A stretch of 64,000 nucleotides of DNA from positions 2,854,001-2,918,000 of the forward strand of contig NC_045696.1 of NCBI RefSeq assembly GCF_009834535.1. Reading direction: 5' to 3'. The notes under the pieces were generated by a model. The model was not told the origin of the DNA, ran no database searches, and saw nothing but the letters and a program-made list of their open reading frames with translations. Source of the DNA: Camelus ferus. Lineage: Eukaryota. A program made the position numbers and the translations under genes. The first letter of the stretch is position 1. Each line of letters starts with the position of its first letter. Below, in pieces: positions 36,801 through 49,149 of this stretch.

Positions 36801-38399
36801 TCCCTGCAGTTCTAACTCATGTGCTAACGTGCCCCAACAGAGAGGCCCCTGGTGCACGGTCGGGGCTGACACATTGGCCCGTATCAGGGAGGTGCAGGGG
36901 AAGCTCACAGGTTCATGGGCAAGGTTAGACTTCCATGGTGCCTGAGAGAATGAAAATATAAGGCAGTTATCTAATGAGCAAATTCAACCCCCAGGCTTAC
37001 TCCCACAAACGCCACACTTCCCTCACTCCGTTCAAGTTTCATGATTGATTCTGGGTAGTTAAACACCTAATTATGCACCAGCCATTCCCAATCGAGTTAA
37101 GCCCTGGGCACCTGCTCCTAATCACAGTCTCATTCGGGGAGCCCTGATGAGCGGATGTCCGCAGTCCCAGCAGGGACCACCAGGGCTCCTGAGCACCCCC
37201 GGTCTCCAGGCGGGGCTACTGGTGACCCAGGAGTGTGACTGCTTTTAACTTCGTGGGGGTGGGGTTTCTATGACAATGAAACCAATCAAGCCAATAGCGC
37301 CTGCTTGGAGGCTTAGGGATGCATCTGCTGGACCGGCTCCGTGCAGCGTGCAGGGTTGTGGTTCACATTCCCAACTTCTCCCCTGCCATCTGTCCCTCCT
37401 CTGAGCCTCAGCCACTGGTGGCACTTTTTTTGGCCACTCTACCCCTTCTAAATATAGTAATTGTTCATGGCTATCTTCTGATGAACACGCGATACAATTT
37501 CATTGTAGGAAATGATAACAAAGTGCTGGGTAACTGTGGCTTGTAATTTCACCCAGAAATTACCTTCTGTGAAATACGTGTAGTTAATGTCCAGTCTAAC
37601 ACTATTTAATGAACGTTTTCCAATAAAATTAAGTGCCCGGGAGCACACGATTGTTTTGGCTGCAGCGTGTTGCATCCTATGCGTGTGCCCTGGTTTCTTT
37701 GAAGTTTCTCCCCTTTGTAAGATGCTGTTATCCGCTTGCCTGACAGTGGCCTGAAAACTCCAAATTGCCTTTGAACTCCTCAGAGAAACAGACAGAGCCT
37801 GCCTTCCCACCATTTGAAAGGCCAAATAGGACACTTTCTGTGAGCATTTAGGGGCTCAGGATAAAAGCTTGCACTCATTTTTAAGAATCCCTTCATTACA
37901 TGCTTTTGCTGCAAGGTTCACATCTAAAATTTCTTTACCCTTTGATTAGGTACTTCTGATGGCTCAGTACAGGAAATAACCATGTGCAAAATCTGGTAAG
38001 GCAAAATAATACCAGATGTAAGGAACTCGTCTTTTGCCTTCTCACAGGCTTGGGAAGCTGCGTGATGCATACGGGACTTCCCAAGGTCGGGACAGGCAGA
38101 CCCAGTCAGCGCTGGCGGGAGCCTGCGGTTTCGTGGGGCCATGGCTCCACGGCCCACCGGGAAGCTTTCAAGAGCTTTACAAGTCAAACCCCATCAGCAG
38201 GAGTCCTAGATCGCCGCGTCGGGAGGTGAAGATAAAGTCTCAGCTGCAATTCATAGGGTTTGCCAGTGTCTTCACACCTGAAATCGTCACTCCTGGGAGG
38301 GTTGGAGAAAACAGGGTGGGGGGCCTGGTGGTAGAGGAGGTTAAACGGGCACCCAGAAGAGACCAGAGCTGGCTGCCAGCTGTGTTTTCCATCACGGCG

Positions 38400-38856
38400 T
38401 CCTCGTGCCGGTAGACGGCAGAAACGTCCATGCTCTCATTCTTTGTCCTGAAGTGGGGTCTGTTTTTCCACCCCTCAGATCTGGGCTTGAACAAGTGACT
38501 TGCTGTGGCCACTGGGACATGATCATTGTGGTGCTTGAGGAGACAGGGAAAAGTGCATGGGCCCCGAGGGGCTTACATGTTCTTGCTGCTGGGACCACTT
38601 TCCCACCACATCAACCAGCCACATTTTATTAACCTGCCATAGGGTGATGGACATACACGGCTGCATCTCCAGCTGCCACCAAACCCTGCCAGATGCGTGG
38701 TTGAGGCTGTTCAGACCAAGCAGCTGCAGCCGAGCGGGGCCAGACTGACAGTCCTGCCCTAGTCGGCCCACAGAGCCCTGGGAAGGAATGAACATGGTTG
38801 TTTCAAGTCACTAAGGTTTAGGGTGATTTGTTACCCGGCAAGAACTAACAGATACA
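38400..38856 (+). mobile_element. MaLR LTR (MLT1E/F/G-like)
   Basis: gtgacttgctgtggcca... and a typical 3' end ggttgtttcaagtcactaaggtttaggggtgatttgttac...aactaacagataca. Confidence 0.7.
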
Positions 38857-39368
38857 CTCTCCATCCATACCCCAGTGGTTGAAGGCCACATTTCAGGTCT
38901 AAGTTTGACCAAGCAGGGGGTCACAATTTGTTTTCCTGGATTCTTCTGTCCAGACCAGCCTTGTCCTCTTGTCCTGTCCTCAGGCCTCCCCATCTGAGTC
39001 ACTCTGCTCTCAGTGTCCAGTCCTTGCAGAGAGGCCCCACTGGCCCTCCCTCCATCTGCTTGGACCCGAGTCCACCTTTCTCCTTTGCTCTTGGGGACCT
39101 GCCTCCCACCTATGTCAGATCCTGGCTCATCTGAGGAAGACTGACCAGGAGGAAACAGCCCCAAACAGAGCCACCCCCCCCCCCCCGGCCAGGGCAGGGG
39201 ACGCCTGGCCCACTGGGGCACGGAGGTGGGCTCCTGAGGGCCCTGACGGTGGTGGAGGGCCTGAGTGCTGGACGTCGTGCGGGACGCTGGGCACGTGCCA
39301 TTATAGTGAATCCTCACAACCCCCCAAAGAGGTGGAAACTGACAGATGGGAAAGCTAAGACTGTGAGG

Positions 39369-39804
39369 GTGTCAGGGGTGGGACTGCGTCCCCTCAAAGA
39401 GCTCATAACCGCTGGTACCTGTGAGTGTGCCCTTATTTGGAAATAGGGTCTATGTGGACGTGGTAAGTCAAGGCGAGGTCACTCTGGAGCAGGCTGGGCC
39501 CTCACCCCATGGCTGGTGTCTTAGCAGAAGAAGGAAATTCGGACACAGAGGCAGGGGAGGCCGTGTCACCATGGAGGCAGAAATTGGGGTGATGTCGCCA
39601 CAGGCCAGGGACACAGGACTGCTGGAGCCCCAGAACTGGGAAGAGGCAGGAGGGATCCTCCCCTAGAGTCTTCGGAGGGAGCCTGGCCCTGACAGCATCT
39701 TGATGTTGGACTGCTGGCCCCAGACCCGAGAGGGAATGGAGTCCTGCTGTTTTAAGCCAGCAGGCTTGCGGTACTTCGCCAGGGCCGCCCTGGGACACTA
39801 GTAC
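39369..39804 (+). mobile_element. MaLR LTR (MLT1B/C-like)
   Basis: tacctgtgagtgtgcccttatttggaaatagggtct...atggaggcagaaattggggtgatg...tgctgttttaagcca...gggacactagtac. Confidence 0.8.
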
Positions 39805-40627
39805 GGAAGGCGAGCAGCCCGCAGCACCCGTGAGCCGGGAAACCTGGGACGGTAGAAACCCAGTCCTGCCAGGTTGTTCGCAGAGCGGGCGGGCTCCGGA
39901 CGACCTCCCATCCTGATGGCGGACGCGGGCCCTGCGCAGGAGGGAAGGGGCAGCCTTACCCGAACGTCAGTGGAGGGGCTGCCGTTGGAGGAGCCTGGCT
40001 TGGGCTTCTGGAATCCTCCAGGGGTTTCCATTCAGGATGGATGAGCTTGTCCGAGGGGAGCGGGAGATACAGAAACCGCTGAGCATTGCTGCCTGGTTCC
40101 TTCCCAGTCAGTAAACTGTGCCCGGCACCGTGTGTGCATCAGGCTGGCCGGCAGTCTTGCCCGTGTGGCCAGCGGGCGTTCCCACCTCGGCAGGAGCTGT
40201 GCTACGCTGCCTGCCGCCGCTTCCGGTCGATTAGCATCCGTGGGACACACCTGGGCCACTGAGGGGGCAGATGCCTCTGGGCACCCACAGCACAACGGGC
40301 AGGCGGGTCAGCCGGCCACGGCCGCCGGCCAGCTGCTTCTCTTACATTCAAACTGGCACGTCCAACACATTTTGAATTTTTTTGTAAAATTACTTTTAAG
40401 GAAAACAGCAGAAATTAGTCCAGAATTCTCATTGCTATGAACATGCGTGGGATGCTGCAGGTGTAGACGCACAGCTCGCTGCCCCGCGAGGGTCGTGCCC
40501 TCCCCTGCCGCCCTCCCTCACACCTGTCCCTTTGTTCCTTAATGAAGCCCAAGTGTTCTTGTTTCTACCCCGTTCACCGCCAGGTCTGAAAACCGTGCCG
40601 AGGCTGAATACTTGCCCTCTTTTCATC

Positions 40628-41490
40628 TTTTTTTTTTTTTTTTGAGGATTCTTGCTTTCTTTTATTGAAGTATTGATTTACAATGTGTGTGAGTTTCTGC
40701 AGCACAGCACGTGATTCGTTATACACACACATATATTCCTCTTCGTGTTCTTTTCCATCGCAGGTTATTACAAGATACTGACTATAGTTCCGTGTGCTAC
40801 ACGGTAGGACCTTGTCGTTCATCTGTTTTCTATACAGTAGTGTGCACCTGCTAATCCTGAACTCCCAGTTTATCCCCTCCTATCCCTTTCCCCTCTGGTA
40901 ACCATGAGTTGTTTTCTATGTCTGTGAGTCTGTTTTGTAAATAAATTCATTTGTATCTTTTTTTAGATTCCACATATGGGTGACATCATATGATATTTGT
41001 CTCTGTCTGACTTACTTCATGCAGTACGATAATCTCTAAGTCCATCCATGTTGCTGCAAATGGCATTATTTCATTCTTTTTTATGGCTGAGTAACATTTC
41101 ATTGTATATTAATTCTAAACTCTGTACCATAACTTCTTTATCCGGTCATCTGTGGATGGACATTAGGCTGCTTCCATGTCTTGGCTGTTGTAAATAGTGC
41201 TGCTGTGAGCACTGGGGTGCAGGTGTCTTTTTTGAATTACAGTTTCCTCCAGATAGATGCCCAGGAGTGGGATTGCTGGATCCTAAGGTAAGTCTATGTT
41301 TAGTTTTTTAAGGGATCTCCGTACTGTCCCCCACAGTGGCTGCACCAGTTTACATCCCCACCAGCAGGGCAGGAGGGCTCCCTTTTCCCCACAGCCTCCT
41401 CAGCATCTATCGTCTGTGGACTTTTGAATGACGGCCACTCTGACGGGGGTGATGCGGTACCTCATTGTGGGTTTGATTTGCACATCTTTT
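40628..41490 (-). mobile_element. Younger 5'-truncated LINE-1 3' end
   Basis: Begins with a T-tract; reverse complement of the L1 at 24400-25220 (cccaggagtgggattgctggatc, atccatgttgctgcaaatggcattatttcattc). Confidence 0.9.
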
Positions 41491-43664
41491 CAACTCTTGA
41501 ACGTCCCTTCTCTCAGCTGGGAATGAGGCTCGGTGAGTAAAAGATGCATGATTGTTCACAGATGTGCGGAAACACACACCCACAAAAGTACACATACCCG
41601 CGAGAGCAGAGCATCCCTGTCCCCACCCCAAGCACACACACGCACACACGCACATGCACATGCACATGCGCACACATGCAGTTTGCAGTATGACTTCTCC
41701 TCTGTGTGATTCTCCAGGTTGGGGATCACAAACCCAAATTCATTCCTTCGATTGGTAAACGTCTGAGCTGTGACCAGGGTGGCCCCCAGGGTGCGTGGGG
41801 TCTGGGGAACACCCTTTGCTGGGCTCTGAGCCTTCTACACAATGCGAGGCTCCCCAGGTCAACTTCGGGGCAGTTGGATTGTCCCGTGGGGCCGGCCCGG
41901 CGTCGGGCCCCCTGTGGCGGTGTCAGAGCTGGGAGGCCTGACAGACCGCCGGGCCTGGGCAGCCTTGAGTCCACTCCGTGGTGCTCGCAGCCAGACATGA
42001 CCTCCCACCCCCTCGTTCTCGCAACTGACCACCAAGTCCAGCTGGACAGCTGCCTAAATGGTCCCTCAGACCCCACCTCCACCTCTCCCTGGCCTCCAGC
42101 CTGCACTCCTGGCCAGGCCTGGCCATCCGCACACTGCCCCTGCACATCTGCGGCCCCGGCCCCCACCTCGCCGCCGCACCAGGTGGCCATCTCCCCGCAC
42201 CCCTGGGCTGCCAAGCCCACTGGCTCCTCCTGGCCTTGGGGCCTCTGTCACAGCTGTCCCCTCTGTCATGCCGTCCCCTCAGATCTCCGCCTGGCTCACT
42301 GTGTTTATCATCCAGCAGGACTCGGGGCCGCCTCCTCCAGAAATCACACAGCGGAGGCTGCAGCTCCCAGCCCAGCCGGCCCGCCTGCCTGGACGGCTCC
42401 CCCCTCCCCTTCACGCCCACTGGCCTTTCAGGAGGTGACTTCTGCCTCCTTCTGCGGGTCCCCAGGGTAACCAGTGGGTCACAGGCAGTGCACAAACTCA
42501 TGGCTTCCCCACAGCCCTCTCCCCTGGCCTCCCCACTGACCCTGAGCTCTGAGGCACCTGACGTCCAGAGTGCCACCAAGACACGTTTCAGGATGGGCGG
42601 GAGCGGGGCAGGAAGAAGGGGGCCGGGTGGTGCCTGGGGCAGAGGCCAGGCCTGCCCTGCTCGTCCGAGGTCACAAGGAAGGCCCAGCTTTGGGGCAGGG
42701 ACTAGCCAGGCGGGAGGGCACCGAGTGTCTTCAAAAGAAGGAGCAGGCACAGAGTCTGGGGAAGGGCTTTTTCCTCCTTATGAATGTGAAAGTTGAGGAC
42801 ACGCAGTTTGGGGCCCTGAACCCCGGGCGAGCCTGGGACAGAGTCGACGGGGCCAGGATTCGGAGTCCAGGTCGTGGAGAGCTGTGGGGGGAGCGAGGCC
42901 CTGGGCTGGTGTGCGGGGACTCGAGGGTGCAGGAGAAGATTGCCCCCTCACCCCCATCTCCCACCTCAGGCACCTGGAATTCCCTTGACAGAGAGCCATC
43001 CCTTTCCACGCCCCATTTAAAAATAAAATAACATTTATTTATTCTACTTAGAGGAGTAAAACCAGTCTCTGTGGAAAATTTGGAAACCACAGGAAGAGCA
43101 GGAAGGAACCTCCCAGCGCCCCCTCCAAACACACACCGAACTGCCGTGTTTCAGCCAGAGCCCTGACTCGCCCTCTGCAGCTGAGGAGCTGGGGCCGAGG
43201 TTTGGTTTTGGGTTCACGACTGCCCTCGGGCTTGCCTTGGCTGCGGCCGAGTCCTGGGGTGGGAGGCCTTGGTGGACGTGGGTGGACGTGGCCGTGACTT
43301 CCGGGTGCTTCCGAAGGGCTGCCTCTCAGCGCATCCACTTGGGTCCCATGTGTCCTAAGGGATGAAACCTTCCCGAGGCCTCACCTGGGGCGAGGTGAAG
43401 GTTCTGATGCCTCCTCAGGCCTCCATCCCAGCTCCCAGGGCCCCTCAGCACCGATGCCTCCATCCGGGGGAAGGCCTTTAATGAGGCTCCACGTGCTAGA
43501 AGGGCCCATCTTTCCGGGACCAGCAGCGTCCCAGAGAGAGCAGGGGTGGCTACCAGCCTGCAGGCCGTCCCGGTGTTGGCTGGGCAACTCCGGCTCCAGT
43601 CTGTCTTGAGCACCCACTGTGCACCAGCTTCGTGTTTGCTGCCCGGGACACAGTGATGAGGGCT

Positions 43665-44045
43665 GGATGGGTTTCCTGGGGCAGTTGTAGCAAGTGCCCC
43701 GGACAAGGCGGCACAAACCACAGTCCTTTGCTCTCTCACAGGCTGGAGGCTGGACGTCCGGCACCCAGGTGTGGCAGGGCTGGTCCCTCCTGAGGACCCT
43801 ATCCTGGCCGTGCAGACGGCCGTCTCTTCCTATGTCCCTCGTGGTCGTCCCTCCACGTACATCTGTGTCCCCAGCTCCCTTTCTCATACAGACACAGCCA
43901 TCGTGGACCAGGACCCTCCCAACGACCTCATTTTAACTGAATTACCTCCTTGAAGATCCCACCTCCAAACGCGGTCACATTCCGAGGCGCTGGGGGGTGA
44001 GGACTTCAACTTGTGAGTTGGGGGCATATGATTCAGCCCATGACA
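43665..44045 (-). mobile_element. MaLR LTR (MLT1A/B-like)
   Basis: tctctcacaggctggaggctgga...gacctcattttaactgaattacctc...aggacttcaac...attcagcccatgaca. Confidence 0.75.
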
Positions 44046-45524
44046 AGGGCACCCACCCCCCACCAGGCTGGGCTCCTGTCTGAGGCCCCCGCCCCCCAGC
44101 TCCCCCAGGCAGGGTCAGAAGCCCAGCGGTGAAGCTGGGAAACCTGCCTGAAGACACAGTGGGGCTCGAATTCCCAGCGCCTGTGCTGGCCCTTCTCGGT
44201 GACTTATGGAGAAAAAGCACCTCAATATACCTAGCGATGATTTTGTCTGCCCCTTAGGTTACAGTTAAATTCTAGTAATTTAAATTTTAAAAACTCCCCT
44301 GTGGCAACAGTGAGGAGCAGGGAGACAGAGTGAAGCCCCCCGGCTGCCCTTGGAGTGAGGATGGAGTGTGGCACTTCTGGGGTTGCCGCCCCGTGGGCAG
44401 CTCCGGGCCCGGGAACCCGCGGAGCAGCTGCGCTTCCCGCCCCGAGGAGCCTGGAAGCCGACAGTTCCCGCCGACGTATTTATCGCGTTAAGTACTTCAC
44501 GGGTCTGGGGCCCGTTCCACGCTCACGGTGAACTGATTTTCCCGTGTGATTTAGTTACAGATGCCTAGCCAGCGAAGGCTGTGACGTGGGTGGAGGGGTC
44601 CCGGTGCCTGCGGTCTGAGACGGCGGGGTGGGGGCGCTTGGCCACGGGGACACCATCAGACACAGCTCTCCTCCTTTCCTCAGCTGCAAGGTCAAAGCTG
44701 AAACCACTGGAAGCTGCACTGCCTTTCTGACAGTGGGGAGAGATGTGTGGGTCAGAGCTGGTTCCCAGGGCAGCGCCCTCGCAGAGCTGAGCACCCAGGA
44801 CCACGCTTACAGAGGATTTGTCGTGGCTTCTCAGATCCAGTCTTTGACACACAGCGTTCCATCAGTGCTCGGAGAAGTTCTTGGGGAGAAAAACAACAGA
44901 AGACAGTGCTTTCTTGTCTCCCCGTGCGAGCACAAGGGGACGGGTGTGGCTGGGTTGCTGGACGGCCTCCTGGCAACGTGCTGTCTGCTGGAGGTGCCGC
45001 CGGGGTCTCCTGCCGTGAGGCTCTGCTCAGCACACTTCATCCTTCACTGTGACTTAACCCTGAGGCTGGACGGTGGCCGCCTCTCCCTCCCCACCCTCCT
45101 CCCCTTAGCCAGCACTTGTGGGTGCCCGGGGCAGGGGGCTTGCAGGTCCCGGTGTGCAGGCTGAGCCGGGCGGTCGGGGCCCCAGTCCGCGGGCTCTGGG
45201 CCTGTCAGGAGGCTGGCTGGCAGTTACCCTGCAGCTTAAAGGGAGGGACGTGCCCCATGTGAGAGGTGAGTCAGGACGCAGCCTCATCACCCCCATGGGC
45301 TCAGCTAATGGGGTGGGCACCACCTGCAGCATAGAAACATTCTTGATGCAGAAGGTTCGGGAAAGTGCTCTGTGGGAGCCTGGTGCGCTGAGGGATCCCA
45401 TGAGAGGAAACCAGGCTGGCGACTCAAGGACCAGACTGTCACAGACGCTGCTGGGACGTCTCTCATTTGTTGACTTCAATGTCCCAGGACTTGGCATGAC
45501 CAAAACCTGGGAATGCAGACGAAG

Positions 45525-45965
45525 TGTGTTAGTGTAGGAAGGAGCGTGTGTGCAAGGGCATGTGTACGTGCCTGTGTGTGCAGGTGCATACACACATGTA
45601 CACGTGAGACTGTGCGTGTATGTGTGTGGACATGTGGGTGTGATTATGTGTGTGCACAGGTAAGGATGTGTGGACACGTGCCAAGCACGATCACACGTTC
45701 ACGCACGTGTGTGTGTACATGTGATCATGGGTACACGTGCACATAAACATTGTGTGTGGGGACATTTGTGTGTGATTGCATGTGTGGACACCTGAGCACA
45801 TGTGATTGTACATGTATATGGTGCGTGGACACGTGTGTCACACATTTGTGGTTGCACGAATGTATGCACACGTGACACATGTATGCCTGTGTGGACATAT
45901 GTGTGGGTCTATGTGTGATCATGCGTATCTGCGCATATAAGTGTGTTTGCGCATGTGTGCATGAG
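45525..45965. repeat. Degenerate (TG/CA)n alternating purine-pyrimidine repeat, ~440 bp
   Basis: Runs such as gtgtgtggacatgtgggtgtg and gcacgtgtgtgtgtacatgtg throughout. Confidence 0.9.
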
Positions 45966-47059
45966 TGCTAGTTCAATAATGGTTGTGCGAGGTGTGGGAG
46001 GAGGAAGTGTGTGGAGGAAGGCACTGGCGAACCGCGGCAGACGGCAGTCCCTCTGGGAAGCACTGTCACTGAGGGGGAGTCGTCTGTACAGGACGACCTG
46101 CAGGCTGCCGGGCACCAATATCTCAGCGCCTACTAGGTTTGGGTTGTATTACAGCCAAAGCTGCAGGATGTCTTGGTTTGAGCAGGATGAAAATGAAAAA
46201 TGAGAGAAACAAGAAGAGAAGCAGAACCCGAGGCCCCTGTCTGTGAACTGAATCCAAGAAGAGATGGAAAATTTCACAGCTCAAAAATGAATTATTCAAA
46301 GATGAGGAGCAATCTTCTGGAATTCACCGAGAGGGAACAGATGCTCCAAGGAAACCGTACCAACGTGCAAATGAAAGGTCCACAGATCTCAGATGTGTCG
46401 ACGGCCTTTAAGTCAGGTTGCAGAGCAGAGACGGCGCCCACAGCCCCGGCACGCACCGAGGAGCCTGGACACACGTGGGCAGGGCTTCAGGGCGAGAGGA
46501 GAGTCGCGCGCAACCTCACAAAGCTCAACCATGAACCAGCCTGGGGCTGGGTCTCCCTGGCGGGTGCTGCGCCACCCAGAACGTCCCCGACGCTTGTCCC
46601 CAAAACAAAGGCAGGAAGAGAAGGACCGCCTCGTCCATCTCCTGAGATGGAGACCCTGAAACGTGCTGAGTAAACGCAGTCCTTTTCCTATCTGCCGATT
46701 TAGACATGGATTTCCCACCCCTGGAAAAGGACTCCAGCCTGTGGTCGTCAGTATCCCGCATGGATTTCATGGGCTTGCGTTGCCTGCGGCCCGACTGACC
46801 CCACGTCCCCAGCACCGCCGCTGATGTCCCCCTCACAGCTCACAATCGGGGCATGCACGTCCTCGCGCTCCGGGGACTGCTCTGATGTTTTAACGCTGAA
46901 TTACACACGGGAGGCCAGCATCACATCCCTGGGCCACTGCTCTAAGACACGCCGGCGAGAAGAGCAGTGTCTTCGTCTCCACGCAAAAACCAGGGGAGAT
47001 TTCTGGGGTTTATCAGAAGCAGCCCAGGACGCACAACTCAACTAAAGAAAAAGTACGGT

Positions 47060-47287
47060 ACCCATTTCTGTATAAGAATATATTATTTAAAAGACAGCTT
47101 AAAAATAAAAATTCTGTACAGCATCGTAAAGTCCTTTTTTTTTTTTTCTGTATCAGTGAACAAAACGGTTCTTAGAAAATGTGATCTTGTGATGTCAGGT
47201 GCTCAGAACCAACTCTTCCCTGCACGGAGGATACCGCAAAACTCAGCTGGTCGGGTCCAGATAGCATCCTGCCGGTCTCTGCTTTCT
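47060..47287 (-). other. PDE9A: PDE9A 3' UTR with non-canonical poly(A) signal AATATA (47079-47084)
   Basis: Minus strand reads TTTTCTAAGAACCGTTTTGTTCACTGATACAG-A13...TGCTGTACAGAATTTTTATTTTTAAGCTGTCTTTTAAATAATATATTCTTATAC, matching my recollection of the human PDE9A 3' end. It has UGUA upstream and a U/GU-rich tract downstream. Confidence 0.7.
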
Positions 47288-47301
47288 TCATGCACAGTCT
47301 G
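47288..47301 (-). CDS. PDE9A: PDE9A last coding exon: (A)DCA* (or 47288-47298, DCA*, with the alternative acceptor)
   Basis: Minus strand ttctttctccttttccaag|CA GAC TGT GCA TGA; matches the recalled human C-terminus GDCA*. Confidence 0.88.
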
Positions 47302-47434
47302 CTTGGAAAAGGAGAAAGAATGCTGATTTGTGTCTGTGGGACTGGAAATGTGCAGGCAGTGCCACAAATCACACATAGACAAGGAGCATGTCTTCTGTCC
47401 CAGAACTCTGCTCGTTTAATCACTAAAACAACAG

Positions 47435-47925
47435 GATGACTGGATGAAGATGTGGTATATATACATATAACAGAACACTACTCAGCCATAAAAAAGAATG
47501 AAAAAATGCCCTTTGCAGCAACATAGATGGACCTAGAGATTATCATATCCAGTGAAGTACATCAGAGAAAGACAAATATCAAATGATATCAGTTATATGT
47601 GGAATCTGAAAAAATGATACAAATTTTATTTACAAACCAGAAATAGACTCATGGACACAGAAAACAAACTATGGTTACCAAATGGGAAAAGGTGGGGAGG
47701 GATAAAATAGGAGGTTGGGACTAATAGATACACACTACTATATATAAAATAGATAAACAACGAGGACCTACTGTACAGCACGGGGAACTCTATTCAATTT
47801 TTTGTAATAAGCTATCATGGAAAAGAATCTGAAAAAAAAAAGTATGCATGTAACTGAATTGCTTTGCTGTACACCTGAAACTAACATTGTAAATCAACTA
47901 CAGTTCAATTAAAAAAGTTAATAAA
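47435..47925 (+). mobile_element. L1 3' end in the last PDE9A intron (antisense to the gene)
   Basis: gatgactggatgaagatgtggtatat...aaaagaatgaaaaaatgcc...gtaaatcaactacagttcaattaaaaaag. Confidence 0.88.
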
Positions 47926-47944
47926 AAACTCAAGCAACAAGAGG

Positions 47945-48050
47945 AGTGGGATTGTCACCTCTAGTTTAGAGATGGGGGCTGTGGCTCAGAGAGGTTCAGA
48001 CGCCTGCGCACATCACGCAGCTTGTGATTAGCAAAGCCCGGACTCACAGC
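47945..48050. mobile_element. MIR SINE core fragment
   Basis: tttagagatggggctgtggctcagagaggttcagacgcctgcgcacatcacgcagcttgtgattagcaaagcccggact resembles the MIR core. Confidence 0.55.
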
Positions 48051-48543
48051 AGGGACTGTCGGACGCCGGGGCTGTCTCTGCTCCTCCCCAAAACCACACC
48101 CAGTCCTCACGCCCCGCGCCTTGAATGTTTTCTGAGAATCTCTCAAACGATCCTCAGGCACGTGGGTGGCTGGCCTCATCTCGTGGAGGCCGAGGGGCTG
48201 GTTGCTTTCCGCCTGGACTAACTGAACGGCCAGTCCCCAAAGGGCACCGGAAGGGCTTGCAGCAACGAAAGCAGCAGCTTTATTTTTGAAAAGCTTTCAA
48301 ACAGTGCTTTCCCTGGCAAGCGGTGCACCTGTGATCACGATCTTCCTCTGTTTCCTAAGGCCTTTCAGAGCCCAATTCTAATAAGCACGCAAGGAAGCAA
48401 AGCTTCACTTATTTAAGAAGATTCAGCCATTCAGGTTCTGTCCCTTCCCCCTCTTCCCTCCTTCCTTCTTTCAGGATTTCCGAGCCGTCCCCATCTGGGT
48501 CTGAATTACGTAAGCACTGAGACATCGTTCAGAACAGCCTTAC

Positions 48544-48613
48544 CTTCACTCTTTCTCACATCTCTGCTTTTCTCTCTCGACTTGGTGTCCCCGGACATCA
48601 GGCTGTCAACCTT
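48544..48613 (-). CDS. PDE9A: PDE9A penultimate coding exon: KVDSLMSGDTKSREKSRDVRKSE
   Basis: Minus acceptor gttcctgcag|AAG and donor GAAG|gtaagg; 70 nt; resembles recalled human KTDSLTSGATEKSRERSRDVKNSE. Confidence 0.88.
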
Positions 48614-49149
48614 CTGCAGGAACCAGGACGGAGGATAAAAAGGCCAAAGTCAGGCTCCAGGAGACAGTGTGTGAGTGACCGCCTGTCTGCTTAAGAGCTT
48701 CCTGGGACTGAAGATGCTAAGATGTGTGAGGCCACTGAGGTCTACCCTCGGTGAGCCAACACACCACAGTGTGAGCGTCCCAGACACGGCTCTGCACCGC
48801 CAGCCACTGTCCCCGCAGCCGGAGGCCCCACCGGCCTGACACCGTCTGGACGTGGACCGCGAGCCCACGATGGGCGCCACGAGCAGCCCCGGGGCACCGG
48901 GGGTGGGGGGTGGAGTCCACACCCTTTCACCTCTTTTGTGGGTCTGTTCTTTCTGGGGACAGGAAGGGGCCCTGGAGGGTCCTAGCAGCCCTGCTGGGCC
49001 CTGGAGACTCAGGGCCTCCATGGGGATGGCGTGCAGCTGGCCGGGGATGAGGGGAAGGGGGTCAGGCCCCGTTAGCCTCCTGTCAGCCGTGGGGCGGGGA
49101 GACGACTCGGCCAGGGGACACCTCCGCTTACATCCATCTCTTCGTCATT

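Noticed and set aside
41706..42796. Overlapping long ORFs of 164-275 aa on both strands
   Set aside because: They are Pro/Gly/Ala/Arg-rich with no recognisable domain and open in several frames at once, as expected by chance in GC-rich DNA.
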